Assembly: GCA_038882975.1 (NCBI GenBank)
Contig: JAVZNE010000001.1
Location: forward strand, 256,001 to 320,000
Source: Candidatus Bathyarchaeia archaeon
Lineage (GTDB): Archaea; Thermoproteota; Bathyarchaeia; Bathyarchaeales; Bathycorpusculaceae
Direction of reading: 5' to 3'
Length of the DNA: 64,000 nucleotides
Numbering within the stretch: position 1 is the first letter of the stretch; each line of letters starts with the position of its first letter. The notes beneath the pieces were generated by a model. The model was not told where the DNA came from. It was given only the letters and a program-made list of their open reading frames with translations, and made no database searches. The position numbers were made by a program, and so were the translations under genes. This document shows, one piece after another, positions 8,658 to 17,186 of the stretch.

Positions 8658-9491
8658 ATGATGGAAAATGATGTCTATGCTGTTGCGCTACAAAATGCCT
8701 TAAACGAGATGCGAAACGCTTGTCCAGAAATACATCACGCCTTCATCCTCAAAGAAACAGGCGAAGTAATCGCCGGAGACGCGGAAACCCCTCAAAAGGT
8801 CGTTGTTCGAGTTTTAGACGCCTTCAACGGCATATTCAACAGGGCTGAAGCCATAGGAGGCGTTGAAGCTATAACCCTAAAATGTGGCGGCGGCACGGTA
8901 ACCCTCCACAGTTTTGGCGAAAATCACCTCGTCATGGTCACGTCTGCAAAGGCAGACCTAAACTACATAAACACTTTAACCCGCGTCCTAATCCCAACAG
9001 TTCTTAAACTGCTAGAGAAAATCAGCCCTACCCCCCTCAAAAACATACCCCCACAGAAGACGGCAAGGCCAACACCACCAGCCATAAGCGAACTAGAAAC
9101 CCCAAAAATCGGCGAACCCCCAGAGGAGGAGGTTGCCGAAGAACCAATTATGGAAAAGCCAAAACAAGAGGAAGTTAAAACAGAAGTGCCGTCCTTCGAG
9201 GTGCCAGCCACCCAGCTAATAGTGGAAAACATTGGAGGCTTGCTAGTGCCATCAGATACTGTGCGCATAGACAATGAAACCCTAACTCAATGGGAAAACA
9301 TGTTTGAAGGCAAAAAAGTTGAATACGTCGAAATAGAAACTTTCGATGGAAAAACAACAAAGTGCAAGGTTAAACCCATAAAGGACTCAAAATATTTTGG
9401 CAAGGGGATAGTGCAAGTTCCAGAGAAAATGCAGCTAACCCTGGAAATCAAGAAGGGCGAACTCGTCAGGGTTAAGCCTATAATAGAATAA
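8658..9491 (+). CDS. Roadblock/LC7 (MglB-like) domain, Pro/Glu linker and double-psi beta-barrel-like C-terminal domain
   Basis: N-terminal LNEMRNACPEIHHAFILKETGEVIA roadblock pattern; C-terminal DTVRID...GIVQVPEKMQLTLEIKKGELVRVKP resembles the CDC48/VAT N-domain GD-box repeats. Confidence 0.7.
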   Translation: MMENDVYAVALQNALNEMRNACPEIHHAFILKETGEVIAGDAETPQKVVVRVLDAFNGIFNRAEAIGGVEAITLKCGGGTVTLHSFGENHLVMVTSAKADLNYINTLTRVLIPTVLKLLEKISPTPLKNIPPQKTARPTPPAISELETPKIGEPPEEEVAEEPIMEKPKQEEVKTEVPSFEVPATQLIVENIGGLLVPSDTVRIDNETLTQWENMFEGKKVEYVEIETFDGKTTKCKVKPIKDSKYFGKGIVQVPEKMQLTLEIKKGELVRVKPIIE

Positions 9492-9507
9492 AAACGGAGG
9501 CGCGTTC

Positions 9508-9906
9508 ATGACAAAGAAAAAGAAAAGCCTAGAAGAAACCGCAACCGCAGAAACACTAGTCCAACCAATAGCCATAGAAACAGCTACGATAGAAGACCTA
9601 AAAACCCGCCTAGAAGAGATTAAGGGCTACGAAGGCGTAATAGGCTATATACTGCGAAACGCCACATCAGCAACCATAGACCTAAAAGACCCAACAAAAC
9701 TCATAGAATACGCCATCCTCTCCTCATCGGCTCTCGACGCTGCAGAAGAACTATCAGAACTGTTTAGTCTAGGAGACTTCCGCGACATCCTCGTGGAGGG
9801 AAGAGACACAAAAATCCTCTCCTTAACAATAGGCGAAAACAGAATAAGCATATTCCTCGAGAAAAACGCCGACATAGAAAAACCCCTCAAAAAACTCCAA
9901 TTTTAA
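9508..9906 (+). CDS. Roadblock/LC7 domain protein
   Basis: LEEIKGYEGVIGYILRN...LGDFRDILVEG...ISIF alpha-beta-beta-alpha-beta-beta-beta pattern. Confidence 0.75.
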   Translation: MTKKKKSLEETATAETLVQPIAIETATIEDLKTRLEEIKGYEGVIGYILRNATSATIDLKDPTKLIEYAILSSSALDAAEELSELFSLGDFRDILVEGRDTKILSLTIGENRISIFLEKNADIEKPLKKLQF

Positions 9907-10036
9907 AGGGGCTTAAAAGGGCACAATCCCTCATTTTCCAATCTTGCTTCTCTCTTCAGAACACTTAAATCTCCCTCTGCAAATTTATTCAAGTGGAGAA
10001 GGGAACCTTTTAAGCCTCCCTAAAGGAGGCAACATA

Positions 10037-10324
10037 TTGAACTTGCAGGCAAATAACAGGAAGCATAGCAATAAACATCGAGGAAGCCTAGACATAATCG
10101 CAGACATTCTAAGAGCCTCAAAAGGGAAAACAAGGAAAACATACCTCATGTACCGATGCAATTTAAGCTTTAGACAGCTAGAAAACTATTTGAACCTCCT
10201 CTTGGAAAGGGGACTCCTAAAAGCCATAAAAGACAACGGCAACGACACAAGCTTGTTTAGGATTACGGAAAAGGGTGAACGCTTTTTAGAAACCTACAAG
10301 GGCTTATTGGGGCTTATGGAGTAA
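10037..10324 (+). CDS. Winged-helix transcriptional regulator (ArnR1/DUF2495-like)
   Basis: RGSLDIIADIL...KTYLMYRCNLSF.QL..YL..L...GLL...FRITEKG; TTG at 10037 follows a GGAGG SD. Confidence 0.85.
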   Translation: MNLQANNRKHSNKHRGSLDIIADILRASKGKTRKTYLMYRCNLSFRQLENYLNLLLERGLLKAIKDNGNDTSLFRITEKGERFLETYKGLLGLME

Positions 10325-10519
10325 AGTTTTGAGGAAAACATCGCTAAGCCTCACCCTTTCACCACACTCTTCCACAACCACAAAGTTATACTTGACTAGA
10401 AACTCTACCGCCCTTTTTAGGTCTTGACGGCCAAGCCTTGTTTTCCGCCGTAACTCTTCTAAAGAGTGCCATTCGCCATCCTCGAGGAGTTCAAGGATTT
10501 TTGAAATAGTCTTTTCCGT
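10304..10519 (-). CDS. Small wHTH protein absent from the ORF track (apparent ACG start)
   Basis: (M)EKTISKILELLEDGEWHSLEELRRKTRLGRQDLKRAVEFLVKYNFVVVEECGERVRLSDVFLKTLLHKPQ*, 71 aa; GGAGG 8 nt upstream of ACG; no in-frame ATG/GTG/TTG between the upstream TAA and the wHTH core. Confidence 0.65.
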   Translation of the reverse strand, partial: TEKTISKILELLEDGEWHSLEELRRKTRLGRQDLKRAVEFLVKYNFVVVEECGERVRLSDVFLKTLLHKPQ

Positions 10520-10618
10520 TGATGTGTCCTCCAGCGTACTTACTAGTTTTGCCAGAATTGTTTAAATGCCTTCTGAAGTTTTCTTTTAGAGGCTTCCTCT
10601 AGAACAAAAAACGAGAGA

Positions 10619-13414
10619 TTATGCCCCAACCTGCTTTCTCAAAACTTCCTCAACCTTTTCTAGGGCTTCTTTCAGCTTTTCCGGTTTTGTACCTCCGCCC
10701 TGTGCGAAGTTTGTTCTTCCACCGCCTCCGCCGCCAATTATTTCTGAGGCTTCTCGGACAATTTCAGCCGCGTTTACGCCTTTTTCAACAGCCTTTTTCC
10801 CAGCCATAACCATTATCCGAGCTGTTTTTCCATCGGAACCATAAAATACGGCAACAGCCGAGTCGTCCTTCTTTATTATTTCGTTTGCCGTTTGAACCAT
10901 AACATCAACGTTTATCTCCTCTTTAAAATCGCGGGTCACAAGTCTAACTTCGCCTATTTGGCGGACGACCTCTAAGCTTGGTTCTACTCCAACGCCTACA
11001 ACAGCCTGTTTAGCCAGCTTCTCCACAAGCTTCCTTCTTTCCGCCTTCACCTCCTTCAATTCCCTGACGATTTTTTCAGCTGTTTTGTCAAGCTTCTCCA
11101 GTGGAGCGCCGAGGGTTTCTGAAACCCGCCAGAGAAGCTCCTCATTCCTCTGCATAGCCTTCAAGGCTTGGATTCCAACAGCATAAACAAGCCTTTCAAC
11201 GCCGTCTTGTATTCTCTCTGAATGGATGATTTTTATGAAGCCTATCTCGCCGGTGTTCCTAACATGGGTTCCGGCGCAAGCCTCAACCTCCCAGTCTCCA
11301 ACCTTCACAACGCGGATTTCTTTGCCGGGAACAGCTCCGCCTTGATAAAGCCTAAAACCGTATTGGCTTTCAGCCTCCGACCTTGGAAGCCACATGGTTT
11401 CGACGGGTATGTTTCTGAAAACAGCCTCATTGGCTAAAGCCTCTATTTTCTGCACCTCTTCCCGTGTTAATCTGCGGTAGTGGGATATGTCAAGTCTTGA
11501 ACTTTCAACGCTCTTTTGCGTGCCAAACTGCCAAACATGCTGCCCCAAAACGCGTCTTGCCGCGCCATTAACAATGTGGGTGGCTGTGTGCGCCTTCATT
11601 AGGGCGTAGCGCTTATCCCAATCAATGACCCCTCTAATAGTGGCGCCTTCCCTTGGGGCCTTTTTGCCACCAATTTTGTGGACAATAACCTTGCCAACCT
11701 TCTTAACGTCTAAAACTTCGGCTTTCCCGTCTTCGAAAAATAGCCAACCAGTGTCTGATGGTTGCCCACCGCCCTCTGGATAGAAACACGTTTTATCAAG
11801 AATGACGTATTCGCCACCGCCAATAACCTTCAAGACTTTAGCCTTAAACTCGTGCATATATTGGTCCTTATAGTAAAGCGTCTCTGTTTCTGGAAGACCA
11901 GCCACCTCATCCTCAAGCCACTTTTCAGTTTTAGCCTCCTCCTCGGTTGGTTTCTGGGTTTGCATGTGCCTTTCGGCAATCAATGCATAGAAGTTTTCGG
12001 GAACAGCAGCCTCTAAACCTTCGCTTTCGGCTATTTCCTTAACAATTTCTGGCGGAACACCATGCGAGTCGTAAAGCTCCGTCATGGTTTCAACTGGAAC
12101 ACGCCCCACGCCTTTAGCCCTAAGCTCTCCGGCAAGCCTTCTTACTAGGCGTTCACCCCTCGTGATGGTCTCCTTATATTTCTCCTCTTCAACGGCGAGA
12201 ATCTCCATTATTTCGTTGCGCATCTCCCTAAGATGCGGATAATCCAAAGACCAATAATCAATCTGCAAGTCAAAAATGTCATATAGCTTGTCTGCGATGC
12301 CAAGCATCCTTAGCAGACGGTATATTCTGCGGAAAAGAAGCCTAGCCAAGTAGCCCTCCTGAATGTTGGATGGAACAACTCCCTCAGAAAGGATGAAGGT
12401 TAGGCATTTCGTGTGGTCCGTGATTGCAAAGGCATTCTCAACCGGAAGCAAAACATCATCCAATGTTTTCGCGTCAATGCCAATGGCTTCGGCTATCTTC
12501 CTTCTAGCCTCAAATCTGCCAACAGTTTTGTCTAAGCTTATCATAGCTGAATACTTGGCAACCTTCGCCAACAAATCGTAATCAAAGCTTACTCCAGCCA
12601 TCTTGAAGACTTTGCCAAGCAATTCGCCGTAAATGGCGTGAAAAGCGCTGACAGAGCCTTGAGAAAGCCATGCATATCGGTCTATTCCATAGCCAACATC
12701 AACGGTCCGTATTGGCAATTTAATAAACTGGTCGCCGACAACCTTGTACTGCATAAAGACAAGCGTGGCAACTTCTAATCCGCGAACGATACACTCTAAA
12801 CATGGACCAGCATTTCCGCCCCCAGACCAAATCTCTTCCTTATAGGTTACCTCTTCTGGTTTTATACTCAACTCTCTGGCAAATTCATCGTGATAGCGAA
12901 CCGTCTCATCCTTCCAGTAAACCTCCTTGTCAGGGTAGTTGAAGGCGTGCTCCCCACCCATCTCAAAAATTGTAACGTACTTGCCAAAGGTTGGACCAGT
13001 ATTGGTTATGTCCACAAGGCGGATACATGGCTGAGCAATAACGAGAGGATTTGCCGGGGGCGGAGCAATCCCCTCAGTAACATAGGGCTGAAAGTCAATT
13101 ATGCTTGCATGCGTCAAGTATATGTCGTCCCGCCACCTAGCCACAACCGGGTAGGGCTTTATCCGCGTGTGTCCCCGCCTCTCAAAGAAGGAGAGGAAGA
13201 ACTCCCGCATCTCCCGCAAATTGTAGCTCCGCCTTGTGGGCGGGTTCCCAATAAAAGTGTAGTGGGCACAACCTTCCGGTCTGGCTTCCCCACAAGTTTC
13301 TTGTTCAGGGTTTAAGGTCCAATAGTATGTGCCGCACTTTGGACAAAGTTTCCTAACATAACCCTTCTCCTTAAAGAAGGGAAGGGCATACTCCTCTGCT
13401 GGAAATCTCTCCAA
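10619..13414 (-). CDS. alaS: Alanine--tRNA ligase (archaeal type)
   Basis: YPVVARWRDD, AITDHTK, FYPEGGGQPSD, editing domain HTATH/CAGTH, C-terminal GGGG..FAQGGG. Confidence 0.97.
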   Translation of the reverse strand: MERFPAEEYALPFFKEKGYVRKLCPKCGTYYWTLNPEQETCGEARPEGCAHYTFIGNPPTRRSYNLREMREFFLSFFERRGHTRIKPYPVVARWRDDIYLTHASIIDFQPYVTEGIAPPPANPLVIAQPCIRLVDITNTGPTFGKYVTIFEMGGEHAFNYPDKEVYWKDETVRYHDEFARELSIKPEEVTYKEEIWSGGGNAGPCLECIVRGLEVATLVFMQYKVVGDQFIKLPIRTVDVGYGIDRYAWLSQGSVSAFHAIYGELLGKVFKMAGVSFDYDLLAKVAKYSAMISLDKTVGRFEARRKIAEAIGIDAKTLDDVLLPVENAFAITDHTKCLTFILSEGVVPSNIQEGYLARLLFRRIYRLLRMLGIADKLYDIFDLQIDYWSLDYPHLREMRNEIMEILAVEEEKYKETITRGERLVRRLAGELRAKGVGRVPVETMTELYDSHGVPPEIVKEIAESEGLEAAVPENFYALIAERHMQTQKPTEEEAKTEKWLEDEVAGLPETETLYYKDQYMHEFKAKVLKVIGGGEYVILDKTCFYPEGGGQPSDTGWLFFEDGKAEVLDVKKVGKVIVHKIGGKKAPREGATIRGVIDWDKRYALMKAHTATHIVNGAARRVLGQHVWQFGTQKSVESSRLDISHYRRLTREEVQKIEALANEAVFRNIPVETMWLPRSEAESQYGFRLYQGGAVPGKEIRVVKVGDWEVEACAGTHVRNTGEIGFIKIIHSERIQDGVERLVYAVGIQALKAMQRNEELLWRVSETLGAPLEKLDKTAEKIVRELKEVKAERRKLVEKLAKQAVVGVGVEPSLEVVRQIGEVRLVTRDFKEEINVDVMVQTANEIIKKDDSAVAVFYGSDGKTARIMVMAGKKAVEKGVNAAEIVREASEIIGGGGGGRTNFAQGGGTKPEKLKEALEKVEEVLRKQVGA

Positions 13415-13496
13415 CTCTGAACGCCTCTGTAAACTCTCTTATTCCCAATAGTGTTTTAATGGATTAACAAGGTGGTCTTCCATTTAAACTATTTTG

Positions 13497-13811
13497 CTAT
13501 CCAAGTTTTAAGCCTAAAATGAAGCCTGCAACAAAGCTTCCAAAAAAGGGCAACAAAGCCACTACGCTGACTAGCCATGAGATTGCTGACCCGGCCCAAT
13601 GGAAAAAGTTGCTTACAGCCTCGAACAATGCTTCATAGTTTATGCTCACGTGTATTATCCCCTTCATGCCGAGATAAAGGAGAACAACAATGAATAATCC
13701 TATCAGAAGCAGTATGAGCTTACTTAACTTTTTGAGGGTGAATCCCAAGATGAAGCCGCCTATCCCGCCGACGCCCAACTGGAAAATTATCGATGGGAAA
13801 ACTTCGCTCAT
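13497..13811 (-). CDS. FUN14-domain membrane protein
   Basis: QLGVGGIGGFILGFTLKK...YLGMKGIIHVSINY...GSFVAGFILGLK. Confidence 0.8.
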   Translation of the reverse strand: MSEVFPSIIFQLGVGGIGGFILGFTLKKLSKLILLLIGLFIVVLLYLGMKGIIHVSINYEALFEAVSNFFHWAGSAISWLVSVVALLPFFGSFVAGFILGLKLG

Positions 13812-13892
13812 CTACGGTTTCTCCAAACGTTCTGCTACTGTTAAAATTTATCAGCTTAATAACCTTTTAGCACCATCTAATATTAGGCGGGG

Positions 13893-14147
13893 GTGAATAG
13901 ACTGGAATTGCTTGAAATATACTTGTTAAACTTGGCTTTAACTTTAGGCATGTTTGTTGTTTTGATTTTTAGGGCTTGGATTGAGCTTAAAAACTATAGG
14001 TTGATGTGGAAGGAGCTGGAGTGGAGGCAAACCTATCAGGCTGTGGGGCGCATACTAAAGGCTGAAAGGGAAATGTTCTCGAAGGTTGAGGGCGGAGACG
14101 AGCTTTATAGGCTGCTGTGCGAAATTTTCAAGGTTAAAGAGGGCTAG
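13893..14147 (+). CDS. Hypothetical single-TM protein
   Basis: 84-aa ORF with an N-terminal hydrophobic helix; fills the intergenic gap. Confidence 0.6.
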   Translation: MNRLELLEIYLLNLALTLGMFVVLIFRAWIELKNYRLMWKELEWRQTYQAVGRILKAEREMFSKVEGGDELYRLLCEIFKVKEG

Positions 14148-14158
14148 GAGCCTCTTAT

Positions 14159-15499
14159 CTACGGGTAGTGCCAGCCCTCAATTAATCCATTCACAGAAAC
14201 GTGGCGCTTTTCCATTCCGTAGCGGATGAAGGGCTTTGTTAAATGCCTTTGAGAACGTGGAGAGGTTATATAAAGTCCCTTCCGCACTTCACGCTTAACC
14301 TTGACAGCGACCTTCTCCAGCTCTGCATAGCGCGTGCCGCATTTTTCACATCTGAAGCCTTTGCCTTTCCCCATGGATTTTAGCCGTTTACCACACTGCG
14401 GGCAAGCTGGGTTTTGGTAAACAATTTTTGGTGCAAGCTTCAATAAGCGCAGTTTTTCAAGATTTATTGTTAATGGGCGCTTTTCGGATGGTGGGCGAAC
14501 GCCGCCATAAACTTCCACAAAATCGCCAATAATGAGTTTGCTTGCCACTTTCCTCAGTGTGCCAGTAGGTTCATATGCGGCACAGTCGACAGAAGCGCTG
14601 TTGTCCTTAATCTGGAAGATAATATGTCTTCTCGGAATTATCTTCGGATTTGACGCTACCGTTCCCTTGGCTATGACTGGGTGGTAAGGTTTTACCTCGC
14701 TTAAACTTTTAACCCGTTTTAGGTGGGCGTCCGTGCCGTGGTTTGTGCGGAAAATTACCCAACGTTCCACAGGCTCTAGGGGCTTAACCATCTCGAATGC
14801 CTTCTTAACAATTTCTGGGGTTTCACCCCTTATCCCAAAGAGGATGGGGTCTGGTCCCCGAGGCGTTATCAAAATTCTGCCAGTTTCCGGGTCAACATTG
14901 TTAAAGGTGTAAGGGGCTGTCGCCTTATCCATCTCGAAAACAGAAGCCACATCTATCCTTCTCTTCAAGCCATAGTTTCCCGGAACACGGTAGGCTATAA
15001 CTTCGAAGGTGTGGTCTCCATGGAGGTTTTCACCCACAGCAGCCAAACCGCCGATTATCCCGCGTCCATTTTTGAAGCCTATGGCTTCGGCTCTGAAACG
15101 CTTTAGGATTTTTAGGGCTGTTTTCATGTCCGCAATGCCGGTTATGGCGTTTTTTGCAAAAGCTTTAACCTCTCCCGGAATTTTCGCTCTTTGGAAGAAG
15201 ACTATTCCGGGTTCTGTTCCTTTGTAGGCTAGGTCGGAGTTTTCTTCGACGGTTTCTATTACTGTTTCCTTAATAACGTCAACAAGGCTTTCTTCACATT
15301 TTATTCTTAGACATAAAGCCCCGTTCCCCCTCGTTTTCCAAGGAACGTTTGGGTTCAACCTAACAAGGTTTGGATAGTCTGTGAACACTGCGCCTAACTT
15401 ATGCAGTTTCTCAACTAATAGTGCCGCAATGTAGGTTGTGCATCCTTTTCTCGGAGAGTCTGTATCGTCAAAGCCTATATGTAATTGTTGTAAAGTCAT
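14159..15499 (-). CDS. tiaS: tRNA(Ile2) 2-agmatinylcytidine synthetase
   Basis: IGFDDTDS..GCTTY, RLNPNVPWKTRGNGA, OB fold AYEPTG, CPQC..CEKC zinc ribbon, RHLTKP. Confidence 0.95.
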   Translation of the reverse strand: MTLQQLHIGFDDTDSPRKGCTTYIAALLVEKLHKLGAVFTDYPNLVRLNPNVPWKTRGNGALCLRIKCEESLVDVIKETVIETVEENSDLAYKGTEPGIVFFQRAKIPGEVKAFAKNAITGIADMKTALKILKRFRAEAIGFKNGRGIIGGLAAVGENLHGDHTFEVIAYRVPGNYGLKRRIDVASVFEMDKATAPYTFNNVDPETGRILITPRGPDPILFGIRGETPEIVKKAFEMVKPLEPVERWVIFRTNHGTDAHLKRVKSLSEVKPYHPVIAKGTVASNPKIIPRRHIIFQIKDNSASVDCAAYEPTGTLRKVASKLIIGDFVEVYGGVRPPSEKRPLTINLEKLRLLKLAPKIVYQNPACPQCGKRLKSMGKGKGFRCEKCGTRYAELEKVAVKVKREVRKGLYITSPRSQRHLTKPFIRYGMEKRHVSVNGLIEGWHYP

Positions 15500-15607
15500 T
15501 CACATGCCTAACAGCATTAGCACCATGAAGGCTTAAAAATTGTGCTTTGACATTTTGACGTTAGCAAATACTTCACACGTCTGGAAATAAAAGAGAGTGG
15601 GGTTAGG

Positions 15608-15850
15608 CTACTTTGTTGCTTCCTCAACTATGATCATTGTTAATGTTGACCTAACTTTGTCGAGTCTTCGAATGCGCCAAGTTACAATCTCCTTAAGCTT
15701 GTCCATTGATTCAGCGCCTACCCTCGCGATTATGTCATATACACCGTAAACAGCGAAGGCTTCTTCAACACCCTCAATCTTCTTTAAATCCTTTAGAACA
15801 TCTGACTCTGAGCCTATCTCCGTGTTGATTAATACAAAGGCTTTCGGCAT
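15608..15850 (-). CDS. Stand-alone Lrp/AsnC ligand-binding (RAM) domain protein
   Basis: AFVLIN...VYGVYDIIARV...IRRLDKVRSTLT. Confidence 0.9.
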   Translation of the reverse strand: MPKAFVLINTEIGSESDVLKDLKKIEGVEEAFAVYGVYDIIARVGAESMDKLKEIVTWRIRRLDKVRSTLTMIIVEEATK

Positions 15851-15932
15851 TTAAACCTCCTCATGATATTGTCTTATCCTCTGCATTAAAATATTTTGTG
15901 TTACGAAAAAGGGAAACTACGAATATTTTAAA

Positions 15933-17111
15933 ATGGACCAGAATGCATTTTATATCATGCGTTTGGAAGTCGTTGTTGTTTACTACATGGTTTCGGCTTT
16001 AGGCGAATTCTCCCTTGAAATTCCCTATTTGGCTTATTATCTCTTCCAAAGCCTTGGGTTGGGTTACAGTTTCTTATACATTGCAGTCTTCGCACTTGTT
16101 TTCGGCTTACTTGACTACCCAACTGGCGGTCTTGCAGACCGTTTTGGAAGAAAACGCACATACGCCCTGGGTTTGGCTTTCATTGCCCTCAACTATTTAA
16201 TAGTGGCATTCTATCCTTTTCCTATAATTGTAATTTTAGCCGCCTTTTCGGCTGGTTTTGGGGCTGCCCTTCAAAGCGGCTCCCTTGAAGCTTGGATAAC
16301 CGACGAGTTAGAGAAAGACGGGAAGATTAAAGATTTAGACAAGGTTTTTGGACGGGGAACATCCTTCAGCCTCATAGCGGATGTGATCGCTGGAATTGCT
16401 GGAAGCATCATCACATTTATTGTTGGATATTGGTGGACCATCCCCACGGCTGGAATTATCGCCTTAGCAGCCTTCGTATTTGCGATGATTTTCATGCCAG
16501 AAAATTGGGGCGCAGGTGAAAGGAAACCTTATACCAAACTGCTGAAGAGTGGGGCTAGATGGATTTTTGGAAGGAAATCGCTGTTATTTTTGGGGTTAGC
16601 CCAAACCCTCTTCATAGCTGGCGCCTACTCATATTGGGAGACGCTAACACCAGTCTACGGCGAGAGGGGAATGCCAGAAGCCCTCTTTGGCTTGATAGGC
16701 TCAGCCATGCACTTGCCAGCAGTAGCCACCACCGCCTATGCACACCGCTTAACAAGAAAAGTTGGCTGTATGAAAGCCACAGTCATTTTATCTTGGGCTT
16801 GGACTGGCTCATGTCTCCTAATCACATTTTTAACTCATCCAGCCGCCACCATAATTTTGGTTATTTTATTGGAAAGCCTTATTGCCACACGCCACCCCAT
16901 AATTGAATTTTGGCAGAATACACTTATCCCCAGCGGTATACGAGCAACGGTTCTAAGCGGTTTAAGCACTTTAATGCATGTTGGGCAAAGCTTCACCTTA
17001 TTCATATTATCTCCCCTCGTGCAGGTGTACGGAACAACCTGGGGGCTACTCTCGGCAGTCGCCCTAACAACCATCTCAAACATTACCCTATTTTTCACAG
17101 AGGAAGGCTAA
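15933..17111 (+). CDS. MFS transporter
   Basis: Many TM segments; motif A PTGGLADRFGRK; SGSLEAW. Confidence 0.9.
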   Translation: MDQNAFYIMRLEVVVVYYMVSALGEFSLEIPYLAYYLFQSLGLGYSFLYIAVFALVFGLLDYPTGGLADRFGRKRTYALGLAFIALNYLIVAFYPFPIIVILAAFSAGFGAALQSGSLEAWITDELEKDGKIKDLDKVFGRGTSFSLIADVIAGIAGSIITFIVGYWWTIPTAGIIALAAFVFAMIFMPENWGAGERKPYTKLLKSGARWIFGRKSLLFLGLAQTLFIAGAYSYWETLTPVYGERGMPEALFGLIGSAMHLPAVATTAYAHRLTRKVGCMKATVILSWAWTGSCLLITFLTHPAATIILVILLESLIATRHPIIEFWQNTLIPSGIRATVLSGLSTLMHVGQSFTLFILSPLVQVYGTTWGLLSAVALTTISNITLFFTEEG

Positions 17112-17186
17112 TTTTAGTTAGGAGAATGTTTGAGATTGAAAATATTCTTATCCTTAATGTGCGATATTAGCTGTTAGGTTCGGGAT

